IMG/VR virus record: IMGVR_UViG_3300022177_000047
Coordinates: 1-32,680 of that record
Direction: 5' to 3' (one strand)
DNA: 32,680 bases
Origin: a virus
Taxonomy: Duplodnaviria; Caudoviricetes
Under the pieces are notes generated by a model that was not told where the DNA came from, did not search any database, and saw only the letters and a list, made by a program, of their open reading frames with translations. Both the position numbers and the translations under genes were made by a program. Shown here piece after piece: positions 17,414-25,965 of this stretch. Numbering within the stretch: position 1 is the first letter of the stretch; the number at the start of each line of letters is the position of its first letter.

Positions 17414-18644
17414 TGCCTTCCTCCTTCACTCCAGCCTTGCCTTTCTGATAAGCGTCTATGTCTTTGATATTCACATAGTTAAGACTTTGGAGCCTTCTGT
17501 CTCCACCTTCAAATGGCTCTATGCCGAACATCTCATTTATCTGGTTTAGTGTCATTATACCTGTCTCTTTCGCCAGTCCGGCCAGCTCCATTTTATCTTT
17601 TGTGGCCATGTAATTTACCTTGCTGTAATAACATTTGATTCTGTGTCCAACGTCTTGCTCCCTGGGTGTGAATACGCATGCTGTCATGGCCTGTTCAAAC
17701 TGCACTATGAAATCTTCTATTGCTGTCTGATAAAACGCACTATGCTGCTCTCCATTGTAGTCCCCTGACAGAATAGCTGCCGATACTCCATATCTCTCCT
17801 GAATTACTGACTTTAGAAACTTAAGTGCCGTGTCGGAAATCTCTGGTGGCGTTATTCTGACCGCAGTGAATTCGCCTCCAAGATCAGTCGCTATCATGCC
17901 ACTTTTGCTGACTGTTATATGGGATTCAAAATCATCTCTTATCTTTCCCATCTTTGCCTGGTCTGCTATAGTCTTTGCGCTGTATACACCTTTAATCTGG
18001 AGGCTTGCTTCTATGCTTTTCGGCAGACCCTGTATTGTCTTATCCAGAGCGTCAATCGTGCGGACGATATCATAGTCATTTACTGCTCCATAATCATCAC
18101 CACCACCAATGACGGTGTTGGCTCCCCTTCTCCATCTCAAGTGGATTAAATCTTCATATGGCAGCGTGTAGCTGCTGCCATCCTCAAAATCGAGTCTGAC
18201 TTCCCATACTTGGCCGCCATTAACGCCAATATAAATCCCCTGCGGCTTTAATGGATAGAAAGCTGTATACCTTCTAAATTGTCTGCCGTCTGGCAATGTT
18301 ATTATCACGTATTGCGGATATATGAAGGCATTGGCATATTTGCGCCTCAGCCACTCCACATTTGCGAAAAAGTCGCTTGTCGTTTGCAAAGGATTAGGCT
18401 TGAAACGAAATAGCCTTGTTATATCATCGTTTTGAACCTGAAGAACATCACTGTTTTGGACTATGCTTTTAAGCTCTATCTTGCTGATTTCACTGGCCAC
18501 CCTGTCAATCGCATTATTTACATAGTCAGACAAATAAATGTCTTTCCCAAAACTCGTAAATATTGGAGTTGAATTTGTCAGCCATGCATTATATTTGCTT
18601 TCCTTGCCTCTGAATATACTTTTGAAATGGCTCAATACTCCCAT
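17400..18644 (-). CDS. Portal protein (HK97 family)
   Basis: FKPNPLQT, DLIHLR, GIMTLNQINEMFGIEP..GGD. Confidence 0.93.
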   Translation of the reverse strand: MGVLSHFKSIFRGKESKYNAWLTNSTPIFTSFGKDIYLSDYVNNAIDRVASEISKIELKSIVQNSDVLQVQNDDITRLFRFKPNPLQTTSDFFANVEWLRRKYANAFIYPQYVIITLPDGRQFRRYTAFYPLKPQGIYIGVNGGQVWEVRLDFEDGSSYTLPYEDLIHLRWRRGANTVIGGGDDYGAVNDYDIVRTIDALDKTIQGLPKSIEASLQIKGVYSAKTIADQAKMGKIRDDFESHITVSKSGMIATDLGGEFTAVRITPPEISDTALKFLKSVIQERYGVSAAILSGDYNGEQHSAFYQTAIEDFIVQFEQAMTACVFTPREQDVGHRIKCYYSKVNYMATKDKMELAGLAKETGIMTLNQINEMFGIEPFEGGDRRLQSLNYVNIKDIDAYQKGKAGVKEEGNEQE

Positions 18645-18654
18645 TGTTCACCTC

Positions 18655-20337
18655 CTATCCAATTAGCTGTAGGAACTCTGATTTGTGCCACTCGTAGACT
18701 GCATAGCAGCATAATGCGGCAGCCGTTCCGTCAATACGCTTAGTTGAGTGCATTTTGCACGGCATGATTCTGCCGAGGGTGTCAGGTTTGATTCCTGTGT
18801 TCCTAAAGCACACCAAGTCGCCGTGGCAATTATTGTAGTTGACTAGCTTGTCCCTCAGGTCCGCTTCAAGCCTACGCATCGGATTGTTTAGAACCTTTGC
18901 ATCCTGCGGAACATTGAGCGCTACTCCTTTTCCAAATATCTCTTCAAAACGGCTTATGTAATCCTTAGCAAAACGGTTGTCATAACCACTCTTGAACGGT
19001 TTCAGGTCGTACTCCTCAAGCAATTTGTACTGCCATTCAGCAACGACAGAGCTGTCCACGCTATTGCCTTCAACTATGGTCAGATATCCGTCACGCTCCC
19101 ATTGACGATAGTCCTCGCCGTCAGGGCTAAGCTCCAGCTTGCTTTCTGGAATCCAATAATGAGAATAAAAAAAGACCTGATTGTCATTAGGTCTTTTAAG
19201 CAGCAGCTTGGATGCACAAAGGTCTGTTGTCTCCATGAAGTCGTTGCCAGCAATATAAAATGCCCCGGCAAAATCCTCGATGTTGAATGTCGCAGTATTT
19301 ATTATTTCTGATTCCTGCAGCCATGCGTTTGCGTTTGACTGCTTGATGTTGAATTCCTTGGCCAGCATGAATGCCCTTGTCGCACTGTTGGTCTTGGATT
19401 CTTCGACAAGCCCGTCCAGGTAGTGCCATTTCTTCGACACCCCAAGATTCGGATTGCTTTTAACCCATGTCCGCCTGTCTTGCCATATCTCTGTTTCACT
19501 GTCCTGAGTGTAAAGCCAGATAAGCCACCTGGGACGGCTGATTTCACCTTTCAGGACCCTTCTGGCTTCCCTTAATCGTTCATCAAGGTATCCGTCCTCA
19601 GTAAACCCCTCAGTAGTGATTTCAATGTATAATGGTTCGTCCTTTGTCGACATAGATTGCTTTATAGGTCTTACAAGGCTGTCATCCTTCATCTCATGGA
19701 CTTCATCGACTATAGCAAAGTCTATATTTTTACCTTCCTTTGCGCCCGTCTTAGCTGAGAGCTTTTTTATCTTCGCCTTGTTCTGATAACTGTATTTGCC
19801 CTTCTTGTTTTTCTGCTTGGGATTGCCCATGAATATGCCTTTGATGTTTTTCCGGCTGACCTTTACAAGCTTAGGGCTCTCTTCTCTCATGTTGTTTATT
19901 TCATCAAATACCAGCCCTGCCTGTTCATAGTCGTTGGATGCGCAAAGTATATTCGTTCCTGTGTTGCCACAGAAAAATTCCGCATTTCCGTCAGCTGCGA
20001 CTTCGCTTGTCTTTCCATTTTTCCTGCCCACCATGTAAGTAACTTCAGTAAATCTTCTAAGCCACTTGCCTTCAATATCCATTTTGAAGCCATAAATAGC
20101 TTCGCGGAATGCCTTCTGGTGAGGCTGAAGCAGGAATGGATCACCGGCAAAAGGTGAAATGCTGTGCTTGCACTCATTTTCAATGAACTTTATGCGCTTA
20201 TGAGCTTCTGCAGGATCGAATTTATAAACGGGGTCTTTCATGTCTTCCATGAGCATTTCAAGCTGTGCCATGAGTTCCTTGCCTATGATGATTTCTCCAG
20301 CCTTGCACTTTTCATAGTATTCTACGAGATAGCTCAT
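18655..20337 (-). CDS. Terminase large subunit
   Basis: Walker A GRKNGKT, Walker B IVDEVH, WVKSNPNLG, nuclease GND..ETTDL and KRIDG. Confidence 0.96.
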   Translation of the reverse strand: MSYLVEYYEKCKAGEIIIGKELMAQLEMLMEDMKDPVYKFDPAEAHKRIKFIENECKHSISPFAGDPFLLQPHQKAFREAIYGFKMDIEGKWLRRFTEVTYMVGRKNGKTSEVAADGNAEFFCGNTGTNILCASNDYEQAGLVFDEINNMREESPKLVKVSRKNIKGIFMGNPKQKNKKGKYSYQNKAKIKKLSAKTGAKEGKNIDFAIVDEVHEMKDDSLVRPIKQSMSTKDEPLYIEITTEGFTEDGYLDERLREARRVLKGEISRPRWLIWLYTQDSETEIWQDRRTWVKSNPNLGVSKKWHYLDGLVEESKTNSATRAFMLAKEFNIKQSNANAWLQESEIINTATFNIEDFAGAFYIAGNDFMETTDLCASKLLLKRPNDNQVFFYSHYWIPESKLELSPDGEDYRQWERDGYLTIVEGNSVDSSVVAEWQYKLLEEYDLKPFKSGYDNRFAKDYISRFEEIFGKGVALNVPQDAKVLNNPMRRLEADLRDKLVNYNNCHGDLVCFRNTGIKPDTLGRIMPCKMHSTKRIDGTAAALCCYAVYEWHKSEFLQLIG

Positions 20338-20537
20338 GCCCTGTATCGCCTCATGACTTCGCTTTTTATAACATTTATGTCTGATTCGTTCATTTCGGAA
20401 ATCAAGATCTCGAAATGGTAGCGCAGCTGTATGGCCAGCACGACATCATTCAAGGCAGTGTTGACTTTGGCTATCTGCTCAAGTGTTTCGGCTCCCAGTG
20501 CAGATATGATTGCACTTGCAAGCTCGTCTCTACTCAT
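20334..20537 (-). CDS. Hypothetical protein between TerS and TerL
   Basis: 67-aa ORF overlapping both neighbours (coupled starts and stops). Confidence 0.6.
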   Translation of the reverse strand: MSRDELASAIISALGAETLEQIAKVNTALNDVVLAIQLRYHFEILISEMNESDINVIKSEVMRRYRA

Positions 20538-20853
20538 AATCGCTCAACCCTTCATCATCGTCATCCAATGCAATGCACAGATGGCGGCACAGCTTGTCAA
20601 GAATGTTAGTCAATGCAGCTGAATGCTTGGCAATCTCTGTTGATATCGGCAGCGACTGCTGCTTTTGAGGATAATCAGGATGTATTTTCACAAGTCCCGT
20701 TTTAATCGCCTGCTCGTTAAGCCTGCGAAGATATATTCTTTCGTAAGCCGCCTGTTCTATAAGCGCTTCCAGCACATCAATCTTGTTGACATCAGCACCG
20801 GCAAACTTAGTCTTAAGTCTGTCAATTTCTGTCATTAACTCAGTATTTTGCAT
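20530..20853 (-). CDS. Terminase small subunit (P27-like)
   Basis: EIDRLK..F, LIEQAAY...L..LNEQ...G, acidic DDDDEGLSDY tail; ATG 20853 with SD CAGGTGA. Confidence 0.75.
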   Translation of the reverse strand: MQNTELMTEIDRLKTKFAGADVNKIDVLEALIEQAAYERIYLRRLNEQAIKTGLVKIHPDYPQKQQSLPISTEIAKHSAALTNILDKLCRHLCIALDDDDEGLSDYE

Positions 20854-20899
20854 GTTCTCACCTGCTTTCAATCCAGTTCTAAAAATCAAAAACAAAAAG

Positions 20900-20977
20900 T
20901 CAAAATTTTGGTGTGTGTCACGCAGCTGACCCTTTCACGGTATCCCGACCTGCGTTTTTGGGGCTTACCCCGGGGGG
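20900..20977. other. Probable cos (packaging initiation) region
   Basis: GC-rich non-coding gap between HNH and TerS starting CCCCCCGGG on the minus strand, the usual cos position in HNH/HK97-type phages; exact ends not determinable. Confidence 0.5.
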
Positions 20978-21634
20978 CTACCTCTCGTAAACATCCCACC
21001 ATGCATTGATATACTTCATCCATTCTCTAGGCTTTTCACTCTTCTCAAGTCTTGTAATGCACTCTTCCTTTGTAGACTCACAGTAGATTAATTCAGCTCC
21101 CAAAGATTGTGCAAGCCGTTCCCTTTCATATTTGTCTGGATAGCCGCCAATGACATAGGCATCACACCATTGGCCGTATCTTGTTTTAATCTGGTCCAGC
21201 AGCTCATCTCTTAGCTTGAATATATTAAACCTCACATTGTCTGGTTTAATGTACTCAGGCTGGAATGTGACGGCTTGCCAAAGCGCATCCATATCAAGGA
21301 CAATATCTCCATACTGCATAAGCTCCTGCACTAATGTAGTCTTGCCCGACAATGGACTGCCGTAGACAATATAAACATTCTTCCTATACCCAAACCTTCT
21401 GTGCTCTTTGTTATGGCACGTATGGCATATGACTTCTATCAACTCTGGATTGAGCGATATATTAGGATCATCTACATTGACCTCGTTAAGCTCTATTGTA
21501 TGGTGTCCTATGAGCTTACTAAAATCCAGTAGAGTCTCACCGCACCTGTTGCACTTTCCATAGGCTTGCAGTTTTAAATTATAAGACAAATCCCGCCATG
21601 CTTTGCTGCAATAAAACTGATGTAGTTTGTCCAT
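20978..21634 (-). CDS. HNH endonuclease fused to P-loop NTPase/kinase-like domain
   Basis: FYCSKAWR, CNRC, GHH, CHTCHNKEH; then VYIVYGSPLSGKTT and DIVLDMD. Confidence 0.88.
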   Translation of the reverse strand: MDKLHQFYCSKAWRDLSYNLKLQAYGKCNRCGETLLDFSKLIGHHTIELNEVNVDDPNISLNPELIEVICHTCHNKEHRRFGYRKNVYIVYGSPLSGKTTLVQELMQYGDIVLDMDALWQAVTFQPEYIKPDNVRFNIFKLRDELLDQIKTRYGQWCDAYVIGGYPDKYERERLAQSLGAELIYCESTKEECITRLEKSEKPREWMKYINAWWDVYER

Positions 21635-21635
21635 G

Positions 21636-22103
21636 TTACCACGCCTTATTCTCTATTTCTTTTATTCTTAATGCGAGTTCTTCTTTCTTGAGCTTAATCA
21701 TCTGAGGATTATCGCACCAATTTTCCTTATCTTTGTTCTTCAGGAAGAAAATCATAGCAGCTACTTCTGGCGGTTTATATTTTTGTACAGAGACAACATG
21801 AAACTCTTCGCCACCTGGAATTTTTATCTTCACAATTTCATCGACATGGTACGCATAACCGGTCGCACTTTTGAAAAGTGAGTTCTCAACCTCAGTGATT
21901 TGAGTCTGTCTACCTTTTTTGATAAGTTCGCATAGTTCGGGATACTTCTTTTTATACGACTCCCAGGCAGTCTTACCTATGCCAATATTTTTAATGATCT
22001 GGGCTTCGCTAAGCCCATTCTCCAGCCACTTCTCAATGTCGTAGAACCGGCTTCTTACAAGGTCCCACTTGCTCTTGGCCACATTTCGCCACACTCCTTT
22101 CAC
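21636..22103 (-). CDS. HTH protein resembling a second terminase small subunit (start may be GTG 22082)
   Basis: GLSEAQIIKNIGIGKTAW..YKKKYPEL...IKKG, VENSLFKSATGY, PPEVAAMIFFLKN. Confidence 0.75.
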   Translation of the reverse strand: MKGVWRNVAKSKWDLVRSRFYDIEKWLENGLSEAQIIKNIGIGKTAWESYKKKYPELCELIKKGRQTQITEVENSLFKSATGYAYHVDEIVKIKIPGGEEFHVVSVQKYKPPEVAAMIFFLKNKDKENWCDNPQMIKLKKEELALRIKEIENKAW

Positions 22104-22127
22104 CTGAAATTATTCATGAAGTCAGTT

Positions 22128-22246
22128 GAATTACACTAAATGGTTATTGTGTGTAACTCCGCATACCCTATCAAACGATTGATTTTACAATGCTTTGACA
22201 CGGTTCGCATAAAACGAATTACACGTAGCCTCATTGTGTGTAATTT
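22128..22246. repeat. Paired palindromic sites, putative target of the adjacent tyrosine recombinase
   Basis: GAATTACAC-N14-GTGTAACTC (22128-22159) and GAATTACAC-N13-GTGTAATTT (22216-22246). Confidence 0.75.
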
Positions 22247-22264
22247 AGCTTTTTTAAAAAATAT

Positions 22265-22810
22265 TCAAATCCTAAAGTTCTTTAACGCGTTATTAATATC
22301 GTCCTGGATTATCCCGATATATCTCAGCGTTATGCTAGGATCTGAATGGTTGAACATCTTCTGCAAGAGCGCCACATCCTTTGACTGCCTATAGTAATGG
22401 TATCCAAAAGTCTTTCTGAGCGTATGAGTCCCTATCCTTTGTAGGCCAAAGTTCTTTCCAGCGTCATTAAGAATCTTGTAAGCCATGTATCTTGTAAGCG
22501 GCTTATTCTCCTGCTCTCTGGACTTGATGATATACTCATCCTCCGGCTTGCCTTCGCAGTACCATGCCAGCTCTCTTTTGATGAAGCTGCTCTTTTCTAT
22601 CATTCTTTCCTTGTCAGTCTTTTTCTCCCTCAGAATGATGTATTTGGGACTTCTTGTGTCCTTGACCTTGATGTTTAGAATGTCTGATATCCTAAGGCCT
22701 GTATACACTCCAACTATGAACATGATGTAGTCCCTTGGATTCTGCCTTTTCAGGTATTCCTGAATATCAGTCAATTTTTGCGGATCTCTTATAGGCTCCA
22801 CATAGTTCAA
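22265..22810 (-). CDS. Small tyrosine recombinase (catalytic domain only, 181 aa)
   Basis: TGLRISDIL, EKKT, HTLRKTFGYH, NHSDPSITLRYIG; TTG start at 22810 with SD GGTGGTGA. Confidence 0.93.
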   Translation of the reverse strand: MNYVEPIRDPQKLTDIQEYLKRQNPRDYIMFIVGVYTGLRISDILNIKVKDTRSPKYIILREKKTDKERMIEKSSFIKRELAWYCEGKPEDEYIIKSREQENKPLTRYMAYKILNDAGKNFGLQRIGTHTLRKTFGYHYYRQSKDVALLQKMFNHSDPSITLRYIGIIQDDINNALKNFRI

Positions 22811-22894
22811 TTTATCACCACCCTTACACTCTCTCGCCCCACCCTCTGCGATTACCTTTGGAGTGTACCTTTCCCACTCGACCTTTTTTGCATT

Positions 22895-22928
22895 AAAAAA
22901 GCAACCCATTTTTCATGAGCTGCTTTTT
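22895..22928 (-). terminator. Terminator-like hairpin in late leader
   Basis: AAAAAGCAGCTCAT-GAAAA-ATGGGTTGCTTTTTT, fully paired with G-U on the minus-strand RNA. Confidence 0.7.
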
Positions 22929-22967
22929 CGAAATATTATATGGTTTGGAACAAATCTCCATGGTTCT

Positions 22968-23033
22968 ATTATTTCATACTTTTTCGGAAAAAACTGCCCC
23001 AAAACTGCCCCTTTTCTGCCCCATTTCTGCTAC
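22968..23033 (-). promoter_or_regulatory. Late promoter with four 11-bp activator boxes
   Basis: AAAACTGCCCC AAAACTGCCCC TTTTCTGCCCC ATTTCTGCTAC (22990-23033) just after the activator gene; TG-a-AATAAT -10 and no consensus -35. Confidence 0.7.
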
Positions 23034-23041
23034 TTTTCGAT

Positions 23042-23587
23042 TTATACCACTTTTAAGGCGTTCACTTGCTCTAAAACCTCAATCAATTTGTCTATGGCCA
23101 TGAAATTGATTTTTCTTATCCCGGATGTCGTTATATAGTTTTTCTGCCTATACTTTTCATTTATTTTGATTTCTATTTCTCCCCATGACATATTCTCAAA
23201 GTATTTACATTCGACTACATATCTTTCTTGATTCGTAAGACTAGAAAGCATACTTTCAACTTGGCTTATTTCAAGCTTTGGCATGAATGCTTTGGATTTT
23301 TCTCTTTTGATGTATTCTTTCAGTATCTCCACATATTTTTCCTTTTTCATGCTTTCATCTTCACATCTCGTAATCTTTTTCATTACTTCGTTTTCAACCA
23401 CAGAATGCTTTGTATATCCACCTCCACCTATCCAGCAACTATTTGACTTGTCATCCGAAAACACTTCTAGTATCATTTCCGGATTCATGATAGCAGCTTC
23501 CCAAGCATCGATTCTAGCTTGAGCCATTTCTACGACAGACTTATTTTTTTTATAGTTCTTCAATACATTCTCCAGCACCTTTTTCAT
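23042..23587 (-). CDS. ArpU/RinA-family late transcriptional activator
   Basis: ENVLKNYK N-terminus; sigma-r4-like LSSLTNQERYVVECKYFENMSWGEI; ATG 23587 with SD GGAGGGG. Confidence 0.8.
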   Translation of the reverse strand: MKKVLENVLKNYKKNKSVVEMAQARIDAWEAAIMNPEMILEVFSDDKSNSCWIGGGGYTKHSVVENEVMKKITRCEDESMKKEKYVEILKEYIKREKSKAFMPKLEISQVESMLSSLTNQERYVVECKYFENMSWGEIEIKINEKYRQKNYITTSGIRKINFMAIDKLIEVLEQVNALKVV

Positions 23588-23613
23588 TTCAATTTCCCCT
23601 CCATTTTCCCAAC

Positions 23614-23650
23614 AAAAAAGAGACACCTCCAGCCCCACTGGAAGTGCCTC
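23614..23650 (-). terminator. Intrinsic terminator upstream of late activator
   Basis: GAGGCACTTCCAG-TGGGG-CTGGAGGTGTCTC-TTTTTT. Confidence 0.8.
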
Positions 23651-23683
23651 CGCTACTCGGTCAGCACATATTCTTACTCTACA

Positions 23684-24307
23684 TCAATACTCAAAAATAT
23701 TGCCTATGCCATTATTATTTAAAAAGGCTTGAGTCGGCAGAAAATCAAAGCATTTTTCTGCATATTTAATAAGACCCTTATTATGCAGCTCCTTTTCCAT
23801 TTCACACCATAATTTCACGAGATATTTTACATCATTTATTGCATAGTTTATCTGGTTACTAGAAAGTTCTGCTGCTCTCCAATTTGAAACTTGGAACTCC
23901 TTATTTAGTAAAACATCAAAATGTTTTTTTAGTAAATCTTTAAGTGAATTACTTTCATTTAATCCATATATTAATTTTGCTGCTATTTTTGTACAAATCA
24001 CGTTATCAATATTTGTTATTTTCAAGTGCCTCATGATAAATCTAACATCAAAGATTGCATGATGAAATACCTTTTTAATATTTTTATTTGTCAGGATCTC
24101 AGTTAGATTTTTATAGGTATTATTAGTATCATATTTTATTAAAAAATACCTTTCATTGGCAGCAATTTGGATTAAACAAAGACTATCTTTTATTGGATTT
24201 AATCCTGTAGTTTCAGTATCAATCCCTATATAGCTACAATTATTTAAAGTCCAATCCTTAATATTATCTGGTATATCATTAGTATATAATTCTACATTAT
24301 TTTCCAT
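23684..24307 (-). CDS. nrnC: Stand-alone DEDDy 3'-5' exonuclease, NrnC (nanoRNase C / dinucleotidase)-like
   Basis: IDTETTGLNP..D.LCLIQ, KVFHHAIFDV, CTKIAAKL, QVSNW, YAINDV, CFDFLP...NIFEY match the short RNase D/NrnC layout; no HRDC domain; SD AGGAGGTG. Confidence 0.85.
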   Translation of the reverse strand: MENNVELYTNDIPDNIKDWTLNNCSYIGIDTETTGLNPIKDSLCLIQIAANERYFLIKYDTNNTYKNLTEILTNKNIKKVFHHAIFDVRFIMRHLKITNIDNVICTKIAAKLIYGLNESNSLKDLLKKHFDVLLNKEFQVSNWRAAELSSNQINYAINDVKYLVKLWCEMEKELHNKGLIKYAEKCFDFLPTQAFLNNNGIGNIFEY

Positions 24308-24335
24308 TTGCACACCTCCTAAGAACACTATATGC

Positions 24336-25136
24336 TTATATGGTTAACTCATCAGACGTAAGAATTAAATCCTCTATTTCTTTTAAAAAGTTTTCATAAA
24401 GATCGTCTGTTTGGCTTGTATTTCTACAAACAATAGTTGGTAGTTTTTTACTTCTCATTCCAGAAAACTTGTTTTGTACGTTTATAATCCTTTCATCAAT
24501 TCGATATAACGAACTCGCCGGTTGACCTTTATGATAGAATAACTTCAGCGAACTGGTAGTTTTACTTTTCTTTCTCCTGTTCTTTTCTTCTGCTAGATCG
24601 GTCCACATTTTTGTAACCTCTGATATTCTATGTTTTAATTCTTCAGGGCTTATATTGTAATAGTTAGCCAATCCTTCAATAAATATAGACTCTGGTGAAA
24701 CCAAAATTATTCTTATCTGACAATTTGAATAAAACAACTTTTCTCTTATTTCATCCAAATTATTTGTTGTCCAAGTTCGTCCATATACATGAATTATATC
24801 AATAAAGTTTTTAGCATCTTTTAAATAATATCTATAATCTATATCTCTTATATCTGTATATACCTCTTCGATTCCTGTTTTATCTATGCGGTCTTTTAAT
24901 TTGATTTTTGATAAAATTAGTTCTACAAGCTTATCTTTCATCAATTTTTCGTTTACCGCACTGAATATCCCTGCAACCATTATGGCAGAAGCTAAATTAC
25001 TCCATGTGGCTTTCCAAAATTCATTTGTTGTTTTTTGGCTTATCAGTACAAGCCCAAGCCCGAATGCTAACAACCCTATGATTGTTAACCAAAATACTAA
25101 CGCAGATGGTTCTTGTTTTGTTTGCGGTCTTTTCAT
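24336..25136 (-). CDS. 2-TM membrane protein with cytoplasmic alpha/beta domain (PLD-fold/DUF5919-like, no HKD)
   Basis: Two N-terminal hydrophobic helices; IDIIHVYGRTW, IRIILVSPES, LKLFYHKGQPASSLYRIDERI; ATG 25136 with SD AAAGGGG. Confidence 0.65.
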   Translation of the reverse strand: MKRPQTKQEPSALVFWLTIIGLLAFGLGLVLISQKTTNEFWKATWSNLASAIMVAGIFSAVNEKLMKDKLVELILSKIKLKDRIDKTGIEEVYTDIRDIDYRYYLKDAKNFIDIIHVYGRTWTTNNLDEIREKLFYSNCQIRIILVSPESIFIEGLANYYNISPEELKHRISEVTKMWTDLAEEKNRRKKSKTTSSLKLFYHKGQPASSLYRIDERIINVQNKFSGMRSKKLPTIVCRNTSQTDDLYENFLKEIEDLILTSDELTI

Positions 25137-25172
25137 ATATTTATCCCCTTTCATTTTGTAAATCATCAATAT

Positions 25173-25229
25173 ATTATACACTGATTTACAGAAATAAATA
25201 GGATAATATCAATTTCATTTAAAAGTCAA
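25173..25229 (-). promoter_or_regulatory. Putative own promoter(s) of the AT-rich two-gene cassette
   Basis: TTGACT (25229-25224) with TGaTATTAT downstream, and a perfect TATAAT (25178-25173); spacing is imperfect. Confidence 0.45.
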
Positions 25230-25253
25230 ATGTATATCTAATTATATATTAAT

Positions 25254-25430
25254 CTACTTTATTTTCTCCTTGTACGTATTTTCAAGCTTTATTATCAAAT
25301 CCCCGTTGACACTCTTGATTCCAAATTCGAAATAGTTTATATCCCCTATTTTCTCAACTGCATCCACAATATCGTCTACCTTCTCGTGGATCTTTGCCTT
25401 GATTTCTTCTTTCTTCGTCATATGCAGCAT
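25254..25430 (-). CDS. Small hypothetical protein, 58 aa (not in track)
   Basis: MLHMTKKKEIKAKIHEKVDDIV...LENTYKEKIK*; SD CAGGGG. Confidence 0.6.
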   Translation of the reverse strand: MLHMTKKEEIKAKIHEKVDDIVDAVEKIGDINYFEFGIKSVNGDLIIKLENTYKEKIK

Positions 25431-25441
25431 TTCCCCCTGTT

Positions 25442-25600
25442 TTATTTTACTACTGCTATGTTGTCCAGCAATCCCTTGACCACGGCTGCTATTTCTTTTT
25501 TCTTGAGCTGCTGCTCCTTCTGATAGCCGTCTATGTACACAATTTTCTTGATATCAAAGCCTTTGTCTGTCTTTGACACTTTAAACTCTTCTTTTGCCAT
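25442..25600 (-). CDS. Small hypothetical protein, 52 aa (not in track)
   Basis: MAKEEFKVSKTDKGFDIKKIVYIDGYQ...; SD AAGGAGG. Confidence 0.65.
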   Translation of the reverse strand: MAKEEFKVSKTDKGFDIKKIVYIDGYQKEQQLKKKEIAAVVKGLLDNIAVVK

Positions 25601-25751
25601 TTTCAGAGTCCTCCTTGGCCTTTTTAGCCTGAGTTACTATTTTGTGTATCTTCTCAACCGCCAGCTCTGCTTTTTCTTCAGCTATGGCTTCCTTGAGGTT
25701 CTCTCCAGCGAAATATCTTTCGACAACTGCTACAGCTTTTGCATCAATCAT
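25581..25751 (-). CDS. Small hypothetical protein, 56 aa (not in track)
   Basis: MIDAKAVAVVERYFAGENLKEAI...; SD AGGAGG; ATGA overlap with upstream gene. Confidence 0.65.
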   Translation of the reverse strand: MIDAKAVAVVERYFAGENLKEAIAEEKAELAVEKIHKIVTQAKKAKEDSENGKRRV

Positions 25752-25945
25752 CGCAATGCCTCCTGTATCTTCAATTCCCCTTGGTATGTGTTTTTGCAGA
25801 AGCTTTCAAGTAATCCGTTTTGCTTTCTGAAAGTCCAGATATGCTTGTTTTCACTTATCAGTGTCCCCTTAAATTTGCTTCTTTTGTTCCTGCTTTCCAA
25901 GATTTCCACTGCGTATTTCTTTCCTAATTCCAGCTTGTATCTCAA
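25748..25945 (-). CDS. Hypothetical protein
   Basis: TTG start with SD AAAGGGG; fits the operon. Confidence 0.6.
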   Translation of the reverse strand: MRYKLELGKKYAVEILESRNKRSKFKGTLISENKHIWTFRKQNGLLESFCKNTYQGELKIQEALR

Positions 25946-25965
25946 ATCGCTATCCCCTTTTTATA

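Noticed and set aside
22265-22909. Prophage integrase with att site; 214-aa track version
   Set aside because: It lacks the N-terminal arm-binding domain and sits mid-genome; the track's N-extension runs through a terminator, and the SD supports TTG 22810.
22990-23033. CRISPR-like or mini-array interpretation of short repeats (also 22128-22246 and 27915-28039)
   Set aside because: Repeats are too short or lack unique 30-40 bp spacers, there are no cas genes, and they are better explained as protein-binding sites.
23668-25257. Target-site duplication around the NrnC cassette (GTAGAtTAAtAtAT vs GTAGAgTAAgAATAT on the minus strand)
   Set aside because: The similarity is short, imperfect and AT-rich, so it is not distinguishable from chance without an empty-site genome.
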